Position numbers and translations under genes: made by a program. A model generated the notes under the pieces. It searched no databases. It was not told where the DNA came from and worked only from the letters and a program-made list of their open reading frames with translations. A stretch of DNA of 64,000 nt from Bacillota bacterium. GTDB taxonomy: Bacteria; Bacillota_I; Bacilli_A; Izemoplasmatales; Izemoplasmataceae. The first letter of the stretch is position 1. Each line of letters begins with the position of its first letter. Positions 1 to 10,113 of the stretch are shown here, piece after piece. The stretch is from NCBI GenBank assembly GCA_051745505.1, contig JBNJEC010000001.1:1324-65323 (forward strand). Direction: 5' to 3'.

Positions 1-1
1 A

Positions 2-1681
2 CTTGATGAGGTTAAAAATGACATTAACCTTCCAACTGAACTCGGAAACTATCCGGATGTAGAAATCGAATGGTCAAGCTCTGACCCTGAGGTTGTCGCA
101 ACGGATGGAACCGTTACTCGCCCAGATCCAGGTGAAGGCAATGTCAACGTTACATTGACTGCAACCCTCACTTACAATGACGCGACTGCGGAAAGACAAT
201 ATGCACTCACCGTCATTGAAGGCATTGAAGAAAATCTTAAAGATGACTTCTCTGCGCTTTATGAAGAAAGCCCAATGGGACAAACCGTTACACTGCAAGG
301 CATTGTAACTTCACGTTTTAGTGGTGGCGCGTTCCTATATGATGGCGACACACATATGGCTATCTTCGACGCACCTAACTATGACATCCAAGACTTGGTT
401 GCACTCGGTGATGAGATCAAATATACCGGTGAATTTGCCAAGTACAACACACTTTACCAAGCCACTGAAAGAGAAAACTACGATGTGCTGGAATCAGATG
501 TGGATTATGACATGACTCCACAGGAAATGGATATCGAAGCACTGTACGATTTCGATCCTTCCGGTGACGATAAAGACGTCCATGGCAAGCACTTCATCGT
601 TGAAGGTCTTGTAAGCATCAAAGGCGACAACGACAATATCTATATCGAAGACGTAGACTCAGATAAACAACTCGAAGTTTATTACTACTCTCTTCAAAAC
701 TCTCTAGACGCCCTTGAAGCGAAAGAAGGCGAACTTGTAAGAGTTGAAATTGTCTACTATACCCTTTATTCAAGCGGTGACATTCGCGTTGTATTCCAAG
801 GCGGATCAGAAGACATTGAAGATGTAGAAGCAGATCTTCAAACACAATTGAACGCAGACATCAAAAACGTTGAAGATACTTATACTGATGGTTCAGCTGT
901 AACCCTACCTTCTACAGGTGGAAACGGTACGGAATTCACCGGATGGACTTCAAGTGATGACACTATCCTTGGCGATGATGGATCATTCGTTGCAGAACCT
1001 ACAAACCTTACCACTGTCACTTACACAGGAACTGCCACACTCGGCGATCTTAGTGAAGAAGTTACATTCGAAGTCGCGGTAATGGGTAGCGAAGCTACTG
1101 CAATAAGCGACGTCTATGGTGAAGCAGAAGGGACACTTGCACAAGTTGAAGGAATTGTTTATTCTCTATTCAATGGAGGATACTACTTCTTTGACGGAAC
1201 GAACGCTATGGCTGTTTACAACGGCGATTACATCGACGAATCAGAAGTAGCAATCGGCGATGAAGTCAGCGTTCTTGGTTATACTACAAACTACCACACA
1301 ATGGCACAACTTGAAAACGTAGAAACCATGGAAGTTCTCTCTTCAGGAAATGAAGCCAACGTTCCTGTTACAACAGGTCAAACACCTTCGGATCTAGTCG
1401 CACTTGATGCTGAAAACAACCCTGAAGTACATGGTCAGAAATATGAAATCACAGGCGATGTCGCTATCCGTGGCGGATACGACAACGTATTCATCGATGA
1501 TGAGTCCACTGACGATTCAATCATGATTTATTATCAAAGCCCTGGTGATTCAATCTCTGAACTTGAAGCGGTTGAAGGCAGCAATGTTACGATCGAAGTG
1601 ATTTTCTACACACATCACGACGAAGACGGCGTCATGGCTATCTATCAAGGTGGCGCAGACGGCATCACAGTCAACGACTAA
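2..1681 (+). CDS. C-terminal part of a large secreted/surface protein (5' end lies off-window). It has two tandem modules, each an Ig-like domain followed by OB-fold-like barrels of the kind seen in extracellular nuclease or nucleic-acid-binding surface proteins.
   Basis: Frame 2 is open from the window edge (LDEVKNDINLPTELGNYPDVEIEWSSSDPEVV...) into the 155..1681 track ORF. Two ~280-aa modules align by eye (GIVTSRFSGGAFLYDGDTHMAIF / GIVYSLFNGGYYFFDGTNAMAVY; VHGKHFIVEGLVSIKGDNDNIYIED / VHGQKYEITGDVAIRGGYDNVFIDD). A terminator follows. Function rests on motif resemblance only. Confidence 0.6.
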   Translation, partial: LDEVKNDINLPTELGNYPDVEIEWSSSDPEVVATDGTVTRPDPGEGNVNVTLTATLTYNDATAERQYALTVIEGIEENLKDDFSALYEESPMGQTVTLQGIVTSRFSGGAFLYDGDTHMAIFDAPNYDIQDLVALGDEIKYTGEFAKYNTLYQATERENYDVLESDVDYDMTPQEMDIEALYDFDPSGDDKDVHGKHFIVEGLVSIKGDNDNIYIEDVDSDKQLEVYYYSLQNSLDALEAKEGELVRVEIVYYTLYSSGDIRVVFQGGSEDIEDVEADLQTQLNADIKNVEDTYTDGSAVTLPSTGGNGTEFTGWTSSDDTILGDDGSFVAEPTNLTTVTYTGTATLGDLSEEVTFEVAVMGSEATAISDVYGEAEGTLAQVEGIVYSLFNGGYYFFDGTNAMAVYNGDYIDESEVAIGDEVSVLGYTTNYHTMAQLENVETMEVLSSGNEANVPVTTGQTPSDLVALDAENNPEVHGQKYEITGDVAIRGGYDNVFIDDESTDDSIMIYYQSPGDSISELEAVEGSNVTIEVIFYTHHDEDGVMAIYQGGADGITVND

Positions 1682-1696
1682 TTCTGGTTTTACTGA

Positions 1697-1741
1697 GTTG
1701 CTTGAGAATCCCCTCGGGGATTTCTCAAGCAACTTTTTTTA
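1697..1741 (+). terminator. Rho-independent terminator after the surface-protein gene
   Basis: GTTGCTTGAGAATCCCC-TC-GGGGATTTCTCAAGCAAC stem followed by a T8 run. Confidence 0.85.
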
Positions 1742-1850
1742 TTGAAAAAAACCGTGTGATTTCATTAAAAAAAAGTGTCAGAATACTGTATTTGCAAGCC
1801 TTGTATGTTATTATATTATGTTATGCTTAATATTTGAATTGGGTGAATTT

Positions 1851-2804
1851 ATGAAACAGTTGGCATTGATTCTTACTGGTATCCTTATGATTTTCACATT
1901 GATTGCCTGCAGTGGCAGTTCGAACTATCCGATTGATGAGAATAGACTCGAAGGCAAGACTCAGGATGAAATCGCTGAAATGTATAGCAATACGGATTGG
2001 AATGTTCATTTTCAGGAGCGTTCCAACATCGAAAAAGATGTTTCCAACGAGTTCATAGAATACGGGATGGTTTCTGAATCGAGCAAGGATGTCTACATTA
2101 TCGTCAGTGCGACGCTTTACGATGATCAAAATCTGTTTGAGCCCGTTGATCTTGAATACGATGGGCCACGGCTCGATGACGCCTATTATGACTTGCCGCT
2201 TATTGAACGGTCTAAAGAAGGACTTCTTGGCGGTGGTGGGGCATTCCATGTGGATCATTCAGGTCAGTATTATTTTGATGGCAATCCTATCGGATGCATT
2301 GATGGAGATACCACGGTGTTTGATTATCCTGAATCAATCGATGAACATGTCACAAACAGCACACCCAGTACGCGTTATCTGAATGTGGATACGCCTGAAA
2401 CCTACAGCGGTGGCGAAGAGGAATGGGGGCAGCCCGCTTCTCAGTTCACCTGTGACTCGTTGGATAATGCTGAAGACGTAGTCCTTCAAACGGATCCTGG
2501 AGATTTCCTGACAGGCGATTATGACCGGTTGCTTGCATGGGTATGGATTCTGCCTGAAGGCGAAGACCAGTTTGAACTGCTCAACTACAACATCGTAAGA
2601 CAGGGTCTTGGACAAGTCGCCTTTGAATATGGCGCAGGGGAAACGGAAGTGACCATGTATGAAGGGCTTACTTACAATGAATGGATGCATCAAGGCGAAA
2701 CGCTCGCCAGGGAAGAAGAAAGAGGCATGCATAACGATGAATTGAAAGATCCATACTGGGATTACGCAACAGACAGTCCCAACTGGGATCAATGGCCGAA
2801 TTAG
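1851..2804 (+). CDS. Thermonuclease (staphylococcal nuclease, SNase) family lipoprotein
   Basis: Signal peptide with lipobox MKQLALILTGILMIFTLIAC. SNase-like motifs IDGDTTVF, RYLNVDTPE, RLLAWVW and LNYNIVRQGLG. Start moved from track 1818 to the internal ATG at 1851, which gives a canonical lipoprotein N-terminus. Confidence 0.8.
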   Translation: MKQLALILTGILMIFTLIACSGSSNYPIDENRLEGKTQDEIAEMYSNTDWNVHFQERSNIEKDVSNEFIEYGMVSESSKDVYIIVSATLYDDQNLFEPVDLEYDGPRLDDAYYDLPLIERSKEGLLGGGGAFHVDHSGQYYFDGNPIGCIDGDTTVFDYPESIDEHVTNSTPSTRYLNVDTPETYSGGEEEWGQPASQFTCDSLDNAEDVVLQTDPGDFLTGDYDRLLAWVWILPEGEDQFELLNYNIVRQGLGQVAFEYGAGETEVTMYEGLTYNEWMHQGETLAREEERGMHNDELKDPYWDYATDSPNWDQWPN

Positions 2805-2834
2805 GTCTAATAATACTTACAGCGGGGTGTAGCA

Positions 2835-3779
2835 ATGTACGACAAGATTCTAAACAAAATAGGTGACTATGAAAAAATCGTGATTCACAGACACGTTCAA
2901 CCGGATTTGGACGCTTACGGATCACAACTGGGGTTAAGGGAACTGATTTTGGACAATTTCGAAGGAAAAAAAGTTTATGTTGTGGGCGATCAGAGTTCGC
3001 TCGATTTCCTCGGAGACATGGATGTCATTGAAGATGATTTTTATGAAGGCGCACTCGCAGTAATACTGGATGTGGCCGGAAGCGACCGAGTCAGTGATCA
3101 GCGTTTCAAACTTGCGAAAGAAACCATGGTCATCGACCATCATAGAAACGGGACGGATTTTGCGGATCATTTTTTCCAGGATTTTGACCAGATAGCTACG
3201 TGTCAAATTCTAACGAACATGGCAATACAAAAGGGATTGCGTGTATCAAAAGAGGCTGCGACCTATCTTTTTGCAGGGCTTGTCACTGACAGCGGACGCT
3301 TTTTATACCCGCAAACCAGCACCCTTACATTCAAGGCCGCGGCCTTTTTGGCTGAAAAAGGGGCCAGGGTTCAATACGTCTACGAAAACCTCTATGTGGA
3401 GGATTTGAACTTCAAGAAGCTCAAAGGATACTTCATCAATGCGTTTTCCACAACCGAACATAACGTCGCATACATGAAAAACGAACACACGCTCAAGGAC
3501 AAATACAATGTGACCACGTTTACTGTGAGCAGAGGCATGGTCAACCAGATGTCCAACATTACAGGGATTCCGATCTGGGCGAACTTTACTGAAAATGATG
3601 ATGGATCGATTCTTTGCGAACTCAGAAGCGCCAGCGAATCCATCGTTCACATCGCCAAAAAATATGGTGGAGGCGGCCATGCGCTCGCATGCGGATGCAC
3701 AGTGCATTCATGGGAAGCAACAGACAGCATCTTAAGCGATCTCGATAGCATCGCAGAAAGGATTCAAAGCAATGGATAA
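2835..3779 (+). CDS. nrnA: DHH/DHHA1 family phosphoesterase (NrnA-like oligoribonuclease / pAp phosphatase), copy 1
   Basis: Motifs HRHVQPDLDAYGS, VIDHH, GLVTDSGRF and GGGGHALA. Confidence 0.85.
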   Translation: MYDKILNKIGDYEKIVIHRHVQPDLDAYGSQLGLRELILDNFEGKKVYVVGDQSSLDFLGDMDVIEDDFYEGALAVILDVAGSDRVSDQRFKLAKETMVIDHHRNGTDFADHFFQDFDQIATCQILTNMAIQKGLRVSKEAATYLFAGLVTDSGRFLYPQTSTLTFKAAAFLAEKGARVQYVYENLYVEDLNFKKLKGYFINAFSTTEHNVAYMKNEHTLKDKYNVTTFTVSRGMVNQMSNITGIPIWANFTENDDGSILCELRSASESIVHIAKKYGGGGHALACGCTVHSWEATDSILSDLDSIAERIQSNG

Positions 3780-4737
3780 ACAGAAACTCACAGCCATTCA
3801 CAATAAAATAAAAGACTATAAGACAATTATCATCCTTCCACACGGCAGGCCTGATGGAGACTGCATCGGAACCTCAATGGGACTCAAGGACATGCTCGTA
3901 AACACGTATCCTGACAAGGCGGTTTACGTAAGTGGGGAAGAAACGGATTACGTCAAATTCCTCGGCAGAACAGATTCCGTGGAGGATGAAACCTTCAAAG
4001 ACGCGCTCGTAATCGCCGTCGATACCTCAGGAAAAGACCGCATCGCCGATCAGAGATACGACATGGGAGATTTTCTCATAAAGATCGATCACCACATCAA
4101 CGAAACGCCTTATGGTGATCTAGAGTACGTCGACACCTCTCGTCCGGCTGCAGCGCTTATCATATTGGATCTCTACAACCTTTTTGAAGAAGAATACACA
4201 CTAACCCCTGTTGGTGCCAAAGCACTCTACACGGGAATTCTCACTGATACCGGACGGTTCAAGTATTCCGGTGTGGATGGAGATACCTTCCGTCTTGTTG
4301 CGAAGCTTTATGATATTGGACTTGACAGTGACGATGTGTTCAGTCACCTTGAAACCCAAAGTGAATCACTTGTCCGTTTCAAGGGTTACGTCCTGCAAAA
4401 TTACAAAAAAACCGATCATGGAGTTGCTTATATTGAAATCACCCATGATCTTATCGATCAGTTCGGCGTTACCATCGAAGAAGCCTCAAGTCTCGTCAAT
4501 GAACTCGGCGTGTTTGAAGATTCCCCTGTCTGGGCACTTTTCGCGGAATACGAAGAAAAAATCGTCCGTGCTAGACTCAGAAGCAAAGGCCCGGCAGTGA
4601 ACAAAGTCGCCAACAAGTTTGATGGCGGAGGCCATGCCATGGCAAGCGGTGTGAATCTAGGCACATGGGCACGCGCCAAGGAAATTCTTGAAGTGCTCGA
4701 TGACCTGGTCAAAAAATACAAAGAAGAAAGTGCTTAA
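3772..4737 (+). CDS. DHH/DHHA1 family phosphoesterase (NrnA-like), copy 2, a tandem paralogue
   Basis: Motifs PHGRPDGDCIGT, KIDHH, GILTDTGRF and DGGGHAMA. The start overlaps the copy-1 stop by 8 nt. Confidence 0.85.
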   Translation: MDKQKLTAIHNKIKDYKTIIILPHGRPDGDCIGTSMGLKDMLVNTYPDKAVYVSGEETDYVKFLGRTDSVEDETFKDALVIAVDTSGKDRIADQRYDMGDFLIKIDHHINETPYGDLEYVDTSRPAAALIILDLYNLFEEEYTLTPVGAKALYTGILTDTGRFKYSGVDGDTFRLVAKLYDIGLDSDDVFSHLETQSESLVRFKGYVLQNYKKTDHGVAYIEITHDLIDQFGVTIEEASSLVNELGVFEDSPVWALFAEYEEKIVRARLRSKGPAVNKVANKFDGGGHAMASGVNLGTWARAKEILEVLDDLVKKYKEESA

Positions 4738-4834
4738 AGCGCTTTCCTCTTTTTTTTGCGCAAAATTGGCTGTAATAATCCTTTCGCCTATGATATAGTT
4801 TACATGATAAATACGTACACGTGGAGGGTATCTA

Positions 4835-6505
4835 ATGGATTGGTTCAATTTCGTTTTCTTGGTACTGGGAGGTTTGGGAATTTTCCTTTATGGGATTCAT
4901 ATCATGGGAGATTCGCTCAAGCTTCTCGCAGGCACAAAATTCAAACTCATGATTGAAAAATCGACCAACACGCCGATTAAGGGGATACTGGTCGGGATTG
5001 TCGTCACAGTGCTTTTACAATCGAGTTCCGGTACGACTGCACTTACTGTGGGCCTTGTCAGAGCTGGACTCATGACCCTGCCGCAAGCGGTTGGCGTCAT
5101 CATCGGCTCAAACATCGGAACCACCGTGACGAGTTTCCTGATTGGCCTTCAAATCAAAGCCATCGCCTTACCTATTATGGGTGTGGGAAGTCTGATGCTT
5201 TTCTTCCTTCCCAAGAAGAAGGTCAAGCTTTTTGGAACCGTGCTACTTGGCTTTGGTATGATCTTTTACGGACTCGACCTAATGGGCAACGCCCTCAAGA
5301 CGATTACCGAATATCCATTCTTTGAAAATACAATGCGCATTGTAGAGAATACACCCATACTCGGTGTTGTGATTGGGGCACTTCTAACCGTCATGGTTCA
5401 ATCGAGTTCCGCTACCATCGGCCTTCTTCAGGAACTGTTTACCACTGGCGCGATTCCGATGGTTGGAGCAGTCGCCATCGTACTAGGTTCAAACATCGGA
5501 ACCACAGTGACTGCCGTTCTCGCGGCGATTGGAGGATCGACGGCCGCGAAAAGGACCGCGACAGTACATGTCATATTCAATGTGTTGGGGTCTTTATTGT
5601 TCGTCATTCTCATCTGGCCTTATTCTTATTTCATCACCTATTTGCAAAACGTCTTTCTCGGAGGTACCCCTCAGGAGATGACGATCAGTTTCGCTCACAT
5701 TTTCTTCAACCTCTTCAATACGGTTGTCATGTACTTCTTCATTAGCAAACTTGTCGCCATTTCCAAGCGCATTATCCCAGGAGAAGACGTCGATATCGTG
5801 ACCAACGTCGATACGCTTGAAGAACACCTCGTCACCCAAGCACCTGTACTTGCGCTTGAAAACGCGAAAATGGTCATTGAAGGCATGGGCGACATTGTTG
5901 AAAAAATGTATGATTCAAGTGTGAAATATTCATTTACCAACAATCCCAAGAACCTTGAACTCGGAAGACGTCTTGAAGAGATGGTCGACACGATTGATCA
6001 CAAGGTTCATGACTACCTGACAAAGATATCTGTTTCATCTTTGGATGACAAAAGCGCTCAAAACCAATCAATGTACATGGACACTATCAGGGATTTGGAG
6101 AGAATTGCAGACCATGCTCAAAACCTTTTTGACTTTTTTGAACATCGCTATGACGCCAGGCAAATACTCAGTAATGAGGCAAAAGATAGCCTCACGACCC
6201 TTTATGAATACGTGCATGTGTCAATGAATCTCACACTTAAAGCCTTCACGAACCATGATGAAAATGCGGCCAATCAGGTTCTTGAAAGAGAAGACATCAT
6301 CGACAAAATGGTCAGAGATTACAGAAAACAGCATATCATTCGCATCAACAACAACCAGAAAATCGGAAGTGAGGAAAACCTCTTCGTAGATATTTTATCC
6401 AATGTTGAGAGGATCGGCGATCACTGTCAGAATATCGCCATCAACATCCTGCAGGATTCCTATTACCCCGACGTTGTGCTTCTCAAAGATAAAAATCCTG
6501 CGTAA
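4835..6505 (+). CDS. Na+/phosphate cotransporter family protein with a C-terminal PhoU-like domain
   Basis: Duplicated QSSSGTTALTV / QSSSATIGLL and GSNIGTTVT motifs in a polytopic N-terminal half. Helical C-terminal half with repeated ERI(A/G)DH motifs. GGAGGG RBS upstream. Confidence 0.85.
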   Translation: MDWFNFVFLVLGGLGIFLYGIHIMGDSLKLLAGTKFKLMIEKSTNTPIKGILVGIVVTVLLQSSSGTTALTVGLVRAGLMTLPQAVGVIIGSNIGTTVTSFLIGLQIKAIALPIMGVGSLMLFFLPKKKVKLFGTVLLGFGMIFYGLDLMGNALKTITEYPFFENTMRIVENTPILGVVIGALLTVMVQSSSATIGLLQELFTTGAIPMVGAVAIVLGSNIGTTVTAVLAAIGGSTAAKRTATVHVIFNVLGSLLFVILIWPYSYFITYLQNVFLGGTPQEMTISFAHIFFNLFNTVVMYFFISKLVAISKRIIPGEDVDIVTNVDTLEEHLVTQAPVLALENAKMVIEGMGDIVEKMYDSSVKYSFTNNPKNLELGRRLEEMVDTIDHKVHDYLTKISVSSLDDKSAQNQSMYMDTIRDLERIADHAQNLFDFFEHRYDARQILSNEAKDSLTTLYEYVHVSMNLTLKAFTNHDENAANQVLEREDIIDKMVRDYRKQHIIRINNNQKIGSEENLFVDILSNVERIGDHCQNIAINILQDSYYPDVVLLKDKNPA

Positions 6506-6509
6506 AGGA

Positions 6510-6584
6510 TTGTAAAACCCTTTGGCGTTTGCTATACTTTTGGTGGGCACTTTAAAAGCTCTCCTTAAATGGAGGGCTTTTTTG
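6510..6584 (+). promoter_or_regulatory. pyrG promoter plus a CTP-sensing leader attenuator (Bacillus type, reiterative transcription)
   Basis: TTGTAA (6510-6515), 17-nt spacer, TATACT (6533-6538). GGGC lies at the predicted +1..+4 (6545-6548). Terminator hairpin AGCTCTCC-TTAAAT-GGAGGGCT (6557-6578) is followed by a T run. The 5' arm is pyrimidine-rich and could pair with an added poly-G. Confidence 0.7.
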
Positions 6585-6605
6585 TTTATATGGAAAAGTG
6601 CTTGA

Positions 6606-8776
<2,171 letters not shown>

Positions 8777-9039
8777 GGTTAGCACCTCACATCTATATTT
8801 GTACCCATAATAAAACATCTTAAAGAAGAATGGAATACCAAAAGATGAAAATGAGAATATTTTTTAACCGTTGGCCCTTCAAGAATGTTATAATATTGAT
8901 GAAAGACCGCAGGGTCTTTTTAATTTAGTGGCTTTTAAACGATAACCAGAATAGACAAGTTGATTATGCTTGCATGTTTCATTGACTTGTATTATAATAC
9001 TTACGCACATAATCCCAATCTACATTTATGGGGGTCCCA

Positions 9040-9405
9040 ATGGCAAAAACCGATATAGCCTTTTCCATTGAAAACAGCGAATCATCTCAAAGTCTGAAAA
9101 CCAAGGGTATCTTCAAGGATGACACGCTGAAGTTCTTTGATGAATCACACGTGAAACATACGGTAATCATCAGTGAAAAAAGCGTTCGTTACAAGAAAAA
9201 CGGTCCCATTGTCATGGATTTCGTTTTTGAGAAAGATACCGTCCATTTGGGAGAATACAAGGTTGAACACGGGATGTTTCAATTTGAAATTCACACCCAT
9301 GAATTGACGATCAAGGAATCACACATCGAAGTTATCTACACGCTCAAGCAAAACGGAGAATTTGTGAACAAGGGACACTTGAATGTGGAATATGAAACAA
9401 TCTAG
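9040..9405 (+). CDS. Small beta-rich protein, DUF1934 (YwiB)-like
   Basis: About 120 aa, with length and composition like DUF1934, and it sits immediately upstream of rpoE. The start is ambiguous between 9028 and 9040. Confidence 0.5.
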   Translation: MAKTDIAFSIENSESSQSLKTKGIFKDDTLKFFDESHVKHTVIISEKSVRYKKNGPIVMDFVFEKDTVHLGEYKVEHGMFQFEIHTHELTIKESHIEVIYTLKQNGEFVNKGHLNVEYETI

Positions 9406-9414
9406 GAGGATTGC

Positions 9415-10026
9415 ATGATCGATATTAAAGAAGAAAGCCTGGTCAATCTGGCTGAAAAGATTCTGAAAGACGCTCAGGAACCCATCGACCTCTATGAACT
9501 TTTTGAAAAAGCGGCTACAAGCAAAGGATTGAATGAAACGGACGTATCCATGATCAACCGTTTTTATTCAGAGCTCGTATCCAGCGCAAAATTTGTCTAC
9601 ACCGGTGAAAACACCTGGGATCTCAAGAACCATCAAAAAATTGAATTATGGGATAAAGATGGCTCTTATTACAATGAATACAAGGAAGTCCATGACGAGG
9701 ACCTTGATGAGAAAATTCTGAAAGAGAAAGAAGCTGAAAAGGCGCATCAGGCCATGCTTGAAAGACGTCTCAAAGCTGAAGAAGAAGCTGAAAAAGCAGC
9801 CGAAGAAGCGCAACAGCAAGCCGAAGCTAAAGTCGTGGCCGAAGAGGAAACGCCTGAAGAACCGGTTGAAGCCGTTAAGGAAGAAGAAGTCATCGAAGAA
9901 GTTGAACCCACGCTTCATGAGGACTTTGGAAAACTCGAAGAAGAGGATCTCGAAGAAGAGGACCTTGATGAAGAAGAATATGAAAAATACATGGATGAAT
10001 ACGAAGACATGTATGACGATGAATAA
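9415..10026 (+). CDS. rpoE: DNA-directed RNA polymerase delta subunit
   Basis: N-terminal HARE-HTH-like region (LVNLAEKILKD...IDLYELFE...RFYSELVSSAKFVYTGENTWDLK) and a long acidic Glu/Asp C-terminal tail. Confidence 0.88.
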   Translation: MIDIKEESLVNLAEKILKDAQEPIDLYELFEKAATSKGLNETDVSMINRFYSELVSSAKFVYTGENTWDLKNHQKIELWDKDGSYYNEYKEVHDEDLDEKILKEKEAEKAHQAMLERRLKAEEEAEKAAEEAQQQAEAKVVAEEETPEEPVEAVKEEEVIEEVEPTLHEDFGKLEEEDLEEEDLDEEEYEKYMDEYEDMYDDE

Positions 10027-10035
10027 TGACCCTTT

Positions 10036-10065
10036 ACAGGTGGCTAAAGCCACCTGTTTTTATTT
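10036..10065 (+). terminator. Rho-independent terminator after rpoE
   Basis: ACAGGTGGC-TAAA-GCCACCTGT followed by a T run. Confidence 0.85.
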
Positions 10066-10113
10066 GCAAAGGGTGTGTGGTATAATATTTGAAAAGCCAA
10101 TTAGGAGGACGCT

